Source of the DNA: Balanoglossus misakiensis | Lineage: Eukaryota; Animalia; Hemichordata | DNA: 64,000 nucleotides | Assembly: GCA_040954595.2 (NCBI GenBank) | Contig: CM082595.2 | Location: forward strand, 3,705,943-3,769,942 | Reading direction: 5' to 3' | Part shown: one piece after another, positions 25,460 to 37,140 of the stretch | Layout: every line of letters begins with the position of its first letter | Numbering within the stretch: position 1 is the first letter of the stretch | Notes under the pieces: generated by a model | The model's database searches: none | Seen by the model: the letters and a program-made list of their open reading frames with translations, nothing else | Told to the model about the DNA's origin: nothing | Made by a program: the position numbers and the translations under genes

Positions 25460-26246
25460 CGTCTCTCATCTCTCCTTGCTATCAAAAACTCACCTGTTTT
25501 ATCATGGTTGGCAGCATCTTTCGCTTGTGTTCCTCTGGCAGTGTCCGGAGCACGCTGGTTGTATCCAGGTAACGCATCTTCACCAGTGCGCGTCTCTTCA
25601 GCGTGATCCCGATGGTCTCATGGAAACGCCTCCGATCGACGCGCAAAAACTCGCAGGGTTCGACGGTGTAGATGGTCGCAGGGGCGGGCAGGTCCTTCTC
25701 CGGGCCTTCAGGCGAGAGGAGGGCCAGGTACTCCCCGGCGGTGTGGGGATAGACGACGTTGGTGTCGTGGGCGTTGAAGGATGTCGGGGTCTTGGGGTCA
25801 TAGGTCACCTCCACCACTCCGCTGAGGATGTAAAAACAGGAGAACCGGTCCTCGTGAGGCAGTTTCTCGATGTACTGGAAGGCGTCGTATTTCTCTAGCG
25901 TCACAACATGGGCCAGGCACTCGGTCACATACTGTAGCCCCTTGTGAAGGAATGTCAGACCCTCGACGATGAATTTCATGTGCAACAGTTCGTGGTTACT
26001 GAGGCTATAGTTCTCCATGGGGCCCTTCTTGTCTGACAGGACACATTTCCGATTTCGTTCCAAGATCTTCTTGGCCTCCTTGGTGATCACGATGTGCGAT
26101 TTGGCGGAGAAGAGTCGCTTGTTGAACACCGGCGGGAGGTCGGACTTCTCCCGGTTTTTGTACCTCTCCCTCTCCCGTCGCCTTGTCTCCTCCGTCTCGC
26201 GCAGGAAGCGCTCGCGCTCCCGCGCCTGTTTGATGACAGTGTGCAT
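20016..26246 (-). CDS. Cyclic nucleotide-binding domain-containing protein (CNBD1/CNBD2-like) with two CNB-fold domains and a long disordered tail; 10 coding exons
   Basis: Exons 26246-25494, 23108-23039, 22896-22816, 22664-22571, 22427-22194, 22013-21770, 21531-21305, 21008-20762, 20625-20448 and 20182-20016, in frame. CNB signatures FYILSGVVEV...TVEPCEFLRVDRRRF and FPAEKVIIKQDE...FLVVSGRCRV...GHYFGE. Confidence 0.8.
21612..21713. repeat. (CTGT)/(CT) microsatellite, intronic
   Basis: Visible tandem ctgt/ct repeats. Confidence 0.9.
25402..25458. repeat. (ATG)19 microsatellite
   Basis: Perfect trinucleotide run 35 bp inside the first coding intron of the CNBD gene. Confidence 0.97.
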
Positions 26247-29200
26247 AGTCACTATGACAACCGGTGTGTCAAACGCGAAAATTTAACCCCGGTTGCTGTC
26301 TATAATTGTTCAATCGACATCTCTCGTCGTATTCACAGTACACGTTCGAATGTTCTTGGGCTGACAATGATGTCTCACCTGTCCATATTCCATGAAATAC
26401 AAGCAAGCCAAAATGACATTGTCCGACGAGTTGTAGGTTCAAATAAATCAGACTATCTTCTACGTTGCTGTACTTACATTCTCAATGCATATCCAGTCTC
26501 TACCAGCGCATAACGCTAAATTCTTTTCGGGTAATGAATTATTCTCTTCCTTCGGGGTCTGGCTAGAGATCAGTCTCTGATGGCTATCGATGCGTTTTCG
26601 TCTTTCAAAGACGCGGCGATGATGTCACGTGGCTATTCCGATACAATGAAACGGACAAGATACAACACATTACGCCGCGACTCTGGGATGTACATTTCAC
26701 CTCGCGCACGTAGGCTTCTGAATAAACTCTCTGTCGTTCCGCAGTCCGCTTGGGGGTCGACGCGTAAAGTGGGCGTTATTCCGCAGTAACTCAGGTGCTA
26801 ACAGCCGACAGGCATCTCTGCCTGATGCCGTGTATATCTAAACAGTCGTCAGTCATGCGTTGAGCACGGAGCTTTCAACACAGGGCAATGAAATACCTGT
26901 CAGGCGATGGACAGTGGGGGCAATCGACAACAGCATTCCGCGTTAATGTACCTGCATGAAAAGGAGAGAAGTACAGAAAACAGTCTTAGTGAATCAGGTA
27001 TGCATTTTTAAACGCCAGGAAATGAAAGTCAAGTTGAAGGTATTAAACTTCGAGCACCAGAGGGGAAGTTGTTCCGATTTGGGGCATCCTGTTTCTAGAT
27101 TAAAAGGGCTTTATTCAATTTACAGTTCAGGAATGCTCAAACACACTAGACTTGACAGAGGTCGCCATGTGAAGAAAAAACAGATCATGCGAACGAAATC
27201 GACATGGGTGTGAGGCAGACGGAACATGCTCTGATGGAAACGACAGGAAATGAACCAGTGACAAAAGAATACCATACACTGCATATACAATATTGCCTGC
27301 TGCATTTTACATGTATAAGCTGCTATCGCCGGAACTGTTTATTATCCTCATCAAAATGTAGTTTTCATACAACCATGCCTTAAATTCAGTCTCTGTGCAA
27401 AGAAATTTATCTTTCGTGTTCTGCTGCCCCATGAAACGAGTTTTGAATTACGAGATTTAAAATTATGACCTAATAGATGATTGGAACGTACTGGGAGATT
27501 TTATTTCCCTATATCATTAGAGCAGCACATCCATCCGGTGCTTCGATTTACATTAATGAGCTCTGAAATAGTCCTTCCCTTTTCCGCAGTTTCCAGGGAA
27601 ACATAGCAATATCCATGGCAACGCGTCAACTGCAGTCATCACACGAGCGCATAGTGTCGTTTCTATGACGATGTCTATCTTTACAAAAATAGAGTTTCTA
27701 TCATAAGCCATTGATATCTCAGTGTTGTCTTTGAAGGATGGAATTTAGCCCGAAGGAAAAGGTGTGATTCATTTTATTGCTGACATTTCGTGTTTTGCTG
27801 TTTAAACGAGACATGTACCTATGTCTGCATTGAAATTGGCCGGTTTTTGTGCTCATCATGAATCTACCCACATACACAGCGCTCAATATGCAAAGGAGTA
27901 CCATCAAAAATCTGCTTTCGCAATATTGCACTCGTGACCATGGTACTGCGTTACGAACTCGGCGGAGTGTTGCCAGCTATGTGAGTCACTATGCAGGCCT
28001 ACTTTTATGTTGATTGAATTCGACGCGAGTCGACATCACACGATTCCGAAAATTGGATTCTCATAAATCGACAGCCACGCTATCCAATAAAATGTTACAT
28101 GCCAGTATATACATTCCTCTCAGTTGGCTAAAATGAATATCAAACTTGGTCGTTTAATACATTCAGAAAATGGCAATTTCGACCAAAATCTGACAATATT
28201 TACGTTTTGGCGTGTAGCATTATGATAACCACAAAACCAAAATTGATGACATATACAAAAAGTGAGGGAGGCTGTATACAATCAACATGTTGGCGGAAAT
28301 ATAGATTGGAGTTATTTTCATTAAAAAACGCTGAGTTCAACTCACCTTCGTAAAAGCCGTGTCGTGTACTGATGTCGCACAAGGCAAAGGTGAAAAAAGC
28401 GGCTTCATCGACGTGCTATTATTGGTGAAATCAAAAAGATGTTGCGTGTCACATCTCGTGTGAAATGGACAATGCCGTTGTCTGTAACAACGCGCGCGCG
28501 TGCGGGATAATAAACGTATTACTATCATCAAGGACACACCGGGTTGACTTTTAGTTTCACGGCACGTCCCTCTCAGAATCGAGTCAATGACCTAAATTAT
28601 TCCCGAATTAACTGCTTTTGTAGCTCGTTTGAAATTTTAGTTCATTTCTAAATATGGTAATTATGCTACTAGGATAATTATTTATAATAATTATTTGTAA
28701 TTTAATTGACACGGACACAGGATGAAAAGTAACGTTCTAATATGTGCATGTGCATTTTGTTTCGATAAACGTTTATGTCCAAAAGTAGAAACGTGATCGG
28801 AATATACCGGCGCCGTTCAACATAATACCACTTCGTATAAGACTTAAATTGATTACCATTCATGTATCGTAGTGCTTTTCGTTACCTTTGATGTCTGTTA
28901 GGGTCTGTCAGCAAGCAAATTTGAAAAATTGAAAAACCTGGTATTAGATTATCGACATTTTACCTCATTAGTCGTTCGATCCGCGGTCGGCGAGAGGAGC
29001 GTGATCGAGTGCGCGTCGGTTTGCTCAGCTTTTGTTTGGATTTGTTTTCTCGGGGTTGTCATGCGTGGAAAATGCCGTGGTATATTATTATTATCATCAT
29101 TACCGCGAACTACGGCAGGAGGTGATTCCCCCATCAAAGAAACTCATTAATCGTCGCGAGCGCGTTGCTATGGGTGGGCGTTGCCATGTCCGCGTCGTAA

Positions 29201-31376
29201 GTCAAGTGCGCATGGTCCGAATCGGCGTTGACATTTCAGTATGATATCAAGTTGGCCGAAACAAGTAATATTGTAAGCGAGTAAAATTTCATGAATACGT
29301 TTTGCGCGTAAAACACTTTGTAGGCCTTATAGAGACAAGTCTCTCGCGTGGCCAGCAGGGATTGGGGGAGGGGGGGGGGGGCGTCCACCGCTCTGAAAAC
29401 TGTGAAGTACATGGTCTCACTACCCGCATAATGCGTGTGTGACAAATTGGCTGTAGGCCTACATGAACTTACCCTGTGATCGTTTGAGCCTTAATGATAA
29501 TGTTCGAGACTCGCAGGCCACTGGGTGTTTAAATAGTCAATCACTATCGCCGTGTATATTCTCCCGCAAAACGTTTCCAGGCTTAGCGTCAGAGAAAGCA
29601 CCTAAGCGGCGAATCACTCCCTCTCGCTTATCGACCGACGAATGACTTATTAAATTACAACCCGTTCTTCCACATTCGAAGTAGCAAACGCCATATGATT
29701 TTGACTCATTGCTATAATCACCAGGAAATTCCCCCTTCCTTTACCCGTCTGGCCGTTCCATTTGGAGCAAATCTACCAAAATCACAGGTGTTTCACTAAT
29801 TTGTTTGGTTTTCACTATTTTCTCTGACCTGTCAAAGTTTGCCCATAGTTACGTTTCCGGGGAACATATCTATCAGGCCCAATGCGACTTTGGGTTTCCC
29901 ATCCAAGCGAAATGTACAGAGCCTTATATTTCCTTATATTAATTTCCGAATAATTAGACAGGTTTCTTAATTGCAAAGCTGGTATGGTAAATCAACGTCC
30001 AAGCTTTCACACGAACTTTCACGTATATATTTATTAAAATTGAAATGCTTTGGTGACTGAATTCACCAGATGTTCCGAATGATCGGTGCAAAGCAGCGGA
30101 CCCCCACCCGTACCACCATACCTTCATACTCTATACGAATCTGTTCCTGTCTTTCTGTCTGCATGTACCAACCCCTTGTTCGCTCAACAAGGCAATTCCA
30201 TTGTTGTCGGGGTGGGTTTGGGGTAATTGATAACCTCGGATGTCAATTTCAAGTGTTTATGGTTATTACATTCCACCTAACCTGCGAATCACGTAGCGTT
30301 TGATTGTCCAGGTGTCTCTGCGGTTTTTGAAATCAAAAACGCCGCCAAATGAGCAAATCGAACCGACAGTTTTACCTGTGGTAGCTTCGAGCTGTGCCGC
30401 TACAAATATATGCAGTTTCTGTGATGCATGGAGTTACGAGGGTCTGGTCTCGATTTTTCCGACAGAAAGTTCTTTTGGTCTCATGACCCAAGTCATGATT
30501 TTTTTTGGCGAAATAACCGATGTTGGCATGTACAAGAATTGTCTATGTAGAAAGATCTCGCCGAGGAACAACGTGTAAGAAGTATAAAAGTGTTCATAAA
30601 AGTACATTCGGTATACAGCGACTTGTTTTACTCCAGGAATCTCGAGGACATGGGAGGTCGCATACCACATCCCCGACTTTTCTATGTCCGTGACCAGGTG
30701 CAGAATGGCGCGTTTGTGCTCTTAGCAAATGAACGTATTAAAACTATTACGGCGCGGATTCCAACGCACGAGACAGGTAGTCCGGTCCACGCAAGAATTA
30801 ATTTCTTTGCTCCGTCAACGATCTGAAGAGCTGATGAAATACATTCTTGTATCGAGACTACAACACTCCGAAGCGCTCACACAAATTCCGGAAAATTCAT
30901 AACCTATACCGTGAAAATGTAGTATCGTCTGTGAGTGACATACAAGTGCCCGACACGAGGGAAATAACTAGTAGTTGAAAAAGTCCTTCGAGGAAAATGT
31001 ACCAAATTAACACGTTGGATAGTTTACAACGAAATCTCCGGCACACGTGTGAAAGTAGCTGAGCAAAGTTCCTCGAAAGAACTTTTGATTTTGGTCAGCT
31101 AATTTCTCTCGTGTGAAGCAGCCTTTAGCGCCCACTACGGTGATAATCAAGCGCAGTTTGACATGTGTGAACGGGCTTTCCCAGTGAAAGACACTAGAGA
31201 ACAACGCCTGCATTTGTTACACGCCTGGTTTTTATACACCTAATGTTTATCTACTAATAAACAAATCGACTGTTGCAGATTTGTCATTTACATATTTGGT
31301 GGATTTTCCGTCGCAATTTTAGGCCAAATCTAAAAAAGTTGTATTTGCAGACATTTTTTACCATATTATGGTATTG

Positions 31377-31408
31377 CACGGTCACTCCACATGTGTGGAG
31401 TGACCGTG
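31377..31408. repeat. 32-bp near-perfect palindrome
   Basis: cacggtcactccaca-tg-tgtggagtgaccgtg: 15-bp perfect arms with a 2-nt spacer. Confidence 0.9.
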
Positions 31409-32179
31409 GGTATTGTTATGATGCGACATGAACATGCGTAACTTTTTTTCTGTGTTCGGAGATAATTTGTGACCCGTCGCAAACAGTACTCTCCTAACGA
31501 TAATAGCTACATATATTCCTTTAAGTTTACTTACCATTTAAAATCTGTGGTTCAGTTGGGCTTCCACAGTTAAAGCACATGATTGAGTTCCACTTTACTG
31601 TCTTTTCCGAGAATTCCAGGTCTACATTGAGAGGCGAAAATAAATCCAAGTTCAGGCGAGGTGAGCTACATACATTCACGTGCAAACTCCAAATCCCGAT
31701 CCTACTCCAGCCTAGGCGGTCCTACCCGGACCCTCTAAGTTGTGCACAAGTTTAAAACGTCTACCGCCCTCACGCGTCATTTGTAAAAATTCCTTCGCCA
31801 TAATGTGTACTTATATTGATATATCCATCTGATTATCTTCAAATTAATAAAAAATACTGTGATGTAAAGTTTACTGACGTTATATGAAGGCCTAGGTATA
31901 AGCCCACTGTACTTGTTTTTGTTTGGTTAAAAATGGCGGCAGTTTTGTCTCCATTCCCTTTCCATCTAGCCTGCAGCTATCAAGTCTAAACGCATTCATA
32001 CACAACCACAGTTCACTTTACATTGATGATGAGGCAGCTCATGTACTTTATAATTTCATCAATTTATTCACCAGATACTCTAGTGCTTTGAAACTTAATG
32101 TCACAATTCAGAGAAAAATTAAAACGCTACACCATGAATATACATGGTGTGAAATTACATGCCAAGTAACAAACAGTCA

Positions 32180-33301
32180 CTACCTTGTGTTACTTCTCCT
32201 CAACCTCCTCCGTCTATGAACAGAACTCCTGGAATCCTCCTCCGAGTCCCCCCTGAACCCCCCTGCGTTCTGCCTCCCTGTCCTCTGTTTCGACCGCCGT
32301 TTGGGTTCCCCCTCACAGCTCTCCCCCTCCTCCCCCTCCTCCTCTGGAATCGTCCGTTCCAGTCTGTACAGGTAACAGAAGAACTTTCTGGACGGATATT
32401 TGACAGTGTGGATGATGATATCCAAGTCAATAACCACTTCGTGGTCACAAGTCTGTCAGAAAAAAAATCACAACATCATATCAGTACAGTGAAGTCTGTT
32501 ATTACTGTCACCTCTCTAATCAGTACTCCTATCTATTGACACACACACACATGCAAGCAGGCAGACAGGTACCATCATTATACAAACAGACACTGTCGTA
32601 CCTCGTCCCACGGTTCCTCAAATTGAATTTCCTTCAGTTGTTTACCAGTGCCGTTGTCATAGAAACAGACATATCCGGTCGGCTCTTCACTGTCAAGGTC
32701 AACCGAGGTCACGCCGATGATATCAATGTCATTTTCATAGTCCACACTCTGAATTACCTACAGGGGTAAAAGTAAAGTATATGCAAATTCATCAGCTTCA
32801 GAAATGCTCGAACATTTATACATGCATGAGGTAATTGTATGAAGTCCATTGGGATCTTGCAGCTTCATTTTTGGAGAACACAGGCACAGGAATTCAAGAC
32901 TAAAGATACAGGCTTTTTGAATTCACACAAACAATTAACCTCTGACCTCGTATTCCGGATCAATGCTGACATCAAACTTCCATTTCTTCACCAGTCTTCC
33001 GGACGACGTCAGCGTCATTCCATTGATGCTTCCGTATTCTGCCGGTTTCCGTCGAACTGCCGACTCAATCTCAAAACACTCTGTGACTTCGGTGTCTCCA
33101 GAATCGTGTGCCTTTATCCTTAGCACCCTACAAAGACAGGAAATCCATCGTGTATTGCACTGATACAGGGGGTGTACACTCTGTGGCTGGTACAGGGGTG
33201 TTTGTTCATGCAAAGCCCTGGATGAGAGTGATCAGGCACATGTAAGAGTGTATACCCTGGGACTGACACAGGGGGTGTACACAGCCAGGGATGTTTGCTC
33301 A

Positions 33302-33341
<40 letters not shown>

Positions 33342-33532
33342 TCTCTCTTCTCATTCTCTCCCTCCCTCTCTCTCCCTCCCCCTCCTTACTTTAATGACTT
33401 TGGTCCAATATGAAGTATTCTGCCCGACTCGTCTGGATGAAATAGACACTTGTCCGGTTCAATGCTCACACTGTCAAAGTCGAGGACACCATTTATTGCC
33501 TTGATGGAGAGAGAGAAGAGGGAATTAGTTGG

Positions 33533-33572
<40 letters not shown>

Positions 33573-35860
33573 CTGATGTTTGCAATGCACATATTTGAAC
33601 TACCCACTGTCCCACAACTAAGAGAAAACTACACATAACGGTATGAAGTACATGTACCTGTTTTTCTGTTTCATAACAGTGTACAAGAAATCTGCCCTTG
33701 TCTTTCTCTTTGTATGGACTGATGATGTAATGCCATGGAAATCCACCAATTTGTAGCTGATGACTCTGAACTTGAAACAAAACTGGCGGACACGCTGAAA
33801 GCAAGAGAAAAACCTGCATTAGTTTAATTCATACATTTCACTGAAAGACAGTTTATCTGAGTCAAATATTCACTTCTTGTGTGACTGATTTCTTGATTAT
33901 AAGTTCAGAAAAATGTTGCCATGGTTTCTTTATCTTACCCCTGAGTTTAATGCTGCATGGAACGCCGAGAGGAGGGGTACCCACGATGCCTTGCAGGCCG
34001 TCGCACGACTTGCCAAGTCTCGCGTGCAAATGTGTGTGCTACAAACCAAAAAAAAAAAAATCCTGTGAGTGAACTGACAAACACTCAAAAATTATAGGTT
34101 TAAACCATTCTGTAGTGGGGGGGAGAGGGGTCAGATCATATAGATCACTTACCTCCTGCAGAATGGTCTGAAAACTGTAGAGTCTCACCATTCCGTTCTG
34201 ATGTGTAATGATCAGCGTGCTGTGCACAATGGAAGCATCACTGACATCTTTCCCAAAAATCTGCAAAGAAAAAAATCCGCCATGATAAAGTGGTATTTCC
34301 AACACCCCTATTCACAATCAAAATGAGCTTGACTAATCAGGAGCAGTGAATTAATGGCTTACTTACATTTTTATCTATCTCCAGCATCCCCACAAATTCC
34401 AGAGGAAAAACGGAAAATACAGCGAGGACCATCAAGAGAGGCTGAACTATCCCTGCCTACAGAGGAGAAGAAAAACAATTTCAACACACCTAAGATGATA
34501 GTTTGGTCTAAATTTATTGTTTTCTACAGTCAAATTTAACCTCTCATCAACAATATTTTAAGTTAAACCCACCACTCATGGTAAGTGATATTTAGAGCAA
34601 ATGATAGATGCAGGATGATTTTTTTACAAGAGAATCTGTGATTGGCTAGATCTAAATTTTCCATGGTAACTGTGGCTTAATTTGCATAGGTGATTGATAC
34701 TTATCAAAACAAGAAACTAACTTACAGCTCTTGCCATGGCAGTGTGTTTCGTATGGATGGACCTCAGTAGAATAGTACACGGGTCTGTTTCCCAGCTCAA
34801 GTGCCTACACAACATAAATCAATGCATATACCATATGTACACATAATCAGTTTTTCTAATGCAGTACTGTGATTACAGAAAAATTATGGCTTTTGAAAAC
34901 ATTGGACAGTTCACTAAAATGGATAAATCTATACTGACCTGAATTTATACTTCGATGACAAGTAAACATCTTGAAGTATTTTTCCTGTCTGTACATCATG
35001 TCTTACAAGTCTATTATCTGCTGTCAATGCCAGAAAAGATGGCCTCCAACCTCTATGTTCTAATATCAGTGTATCCTGAAATATTTAAAACATTTGATTG
35101 GATTGTGCAACATGTTAGTACACATTACTTTAACCTGTGCTGTTTGGAGTAGAACAAAAATACTGAAATAAAGCCAAAGATACAGCTAATGTCTCTTTAA
35201 TAGTCTGGCCAACAAGACCAACACTACACGCTACAATGCTCACCAGTTCAACACTACACATCACAGCATCTTCGATCTTCTGTGATGGAGCACACAGTGG
35301 CAACTTGTACAGCAACTCAGGCAGACCATTCATGCCACAACTGGAATATAATCACACAAGAACGAAGGATCTTGATGAAAACTGATTTGGCAAAAAGTTT
35401 GATGTTTTACGCAATGTCTATTTGTATACTCGGTAAACTTCACAGTAAACTTACCAAGTGTAACAGCTTCTGTAATTATCAAAGTATAATTTATTTCTGG
35501 AAATAAAAACAGGAGCAACGTTAGTATACAGATAAATGACATCTCCTGAAAGCATGACACATTTCATAATTAATTCCTAACTGCAATATGCCATGGTCTG
35601 ATTTACTGGATGTATGATACTATCTTTGGTTGTTTCAACTGAATATTATCTTTCGTCCCTCACACATCACTTACCCTTCGTATGCTATCGGTGATTTGGA
35701 ACGCTTCTCCCAAACCCGTTTGTATTTTGCTGTGTCCTACAGAAGAGAAAAACGTATCAGCTTCCATCACTCTCTTGTCTGTCTTGATTGCCTGGAGACC
35801 AGGTCTCTATAGAAGGCCCCCCCCCCCCCCCCCCCCAATTCTTGCCTGCCTGGAGAAGCC

Positions 35861-35893
<33 letters not shown>

Positions 35894-36060
35894 CCGTCCC
35901 ACCCGTTGCTCAGTGCCACGACTCTTATGTCGGTTACACTCACCTGGCAAATTAATTTCCGAATAATTTTCATGTTCATCCGGTACATGTTGCCGAAACC
36001 GTGCATTTCCTTCGCTCGCAAATCGAAAAACACACTGTTGTTTCTGGTCGCACGCTTCAT
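32180..36060 (-). CDS. DCAF17: DDB1- and CUL4-associated factor 17; multi-exon
   Basis: Spliced peptides match the recalled human DCAF17 sequence in order: IRKLICQ|DTAKYKRVWEKRSKSPIAYEG, KLYFDNY, QKIEDA, FLALTADN, IFGKDVSDASIVHSTLIITHQNGMVRLYSFQTI, IGGFPWHYIISP, TSSGRLVKK and DHEVVIDLDIIIHTVKYPSRKFFCYLY. First exon 36060-35944, last exon 32452-32180. Confidence 0.92.
33305..33572. repeat. (CT)n and (TCAA)n microsatellites flanking a DCAF17 exon
   Basis: CT tract at 33305-33385 and TCAA tract at 33533-33572. Confidence 0.85.
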
Positions 36061-36573
36061 CGTTGCTGGGGCCAAAACTCAACCAATCACTCTGGTTTTC
36101 TGAAGATAAAGCAAATGACGGCGTCGAAAAGACCCTGTTAAATAGTTCCTCTTTTACGATAAGTCCTTAAATTCTGGGATTTCGATTATTTAGCCGGTGC
36201 ACACTGCAAGGAAACTCAGCTCAGCTCAACAACAAGCACGTTGGGTTTGTTTAGGTTCTTCAGATAACCTTTGACCCGGAAGTAAAATTTAACTTTTGCG
36301 ATATCGTATAAACTATCAATGCTAGTTACACAGTTTTTAGAAATGCCGTTAAATTGGCATCATCACAAGAAAATGTTAATTCGAAACAGTAGGCGAAGCA
36401 CGGGAACAGATACCGTTGACCTTACTTGCAAGTTCGTTCTCGCTGGGGAAACCCTTTTGACCCGGAAGTGAAATTGCAACGTAGGGGGAATCCCAGCGAT
36501 CGAGTTGACCTCAGCTGGCCTGTGTTACGCTGCACCTGAACCTACGCATCGCTTTCTCGTAATAATTCCCGGG
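36061..36573. promoter_or_regulatory. Bidirectional promoter between DCAF17 and D2HGDH
   Basis: Head-to-head genes. The likely D2HGDH non-coding first exon ends at ccgg|gtgagt (36573). Two copies of tttgacccggaagt (ETS/GABP core CCGGAAGT) at about 36270-36283 and 36456-36469. Confidence 0.65.
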
Positions 36574-37140
36574 TGAGTTCTTGCGATTTAAGCGGAGAAA
36601 GTATGGTTAAATGCTAGTGCATGGTTATAAGTATCTCGAACTTGATTGCTCCGTCCGGGTTTTAGCTGCGCGCCCCGTCGATATGTACGTGACATGACGC
36701 ACTTCTTTGCTAGTTTCTTTTGTGGCTAGGAAATATGACCCATGTGTTAATTTCATGTACAGATAACAGAGAGCTCCTAATATTTGTGCATATGAGTCTG
36801 GGTTTAGTGTATTGTATGGCACTTCCTACGATCTTGCCCCAGTAATGCTATATTATTGCTAAGATTAAATGATCTTTTTCGTACGTGTGCATGCATAGTG
36901 TTTACATACAGTTCATAATGTTTACAGTTCATAATCAAAGTCCAAAGAACGATCGGAGGCACAGCCCCTCCGCCACGAGCTAGAAGTCTGCACCAGAATC
37001 AGCTGTTCCATCCACAAACTGTTCATAATTTTCTTGTCTCTGATTCTATGATTTCTTGACTTGTCTCTCCTACAGGTCTTTGCATCCATACTTCACCTAT
37101 ATGAAGACTTCATAAGAACACTCAAAAGATCCAGATCACA

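Noticed and set aside
25267-25572. Poly-Met ORF
   Set aside because: Translation of the (ATG)19 microsatellite, antisense to the CNBD gene.
32200-32448. RGG-rich alternative frame in the last DCAF17 exon
   Set aside because: Homology supports the other frame; a purine-rich sequence explains the RGG content.
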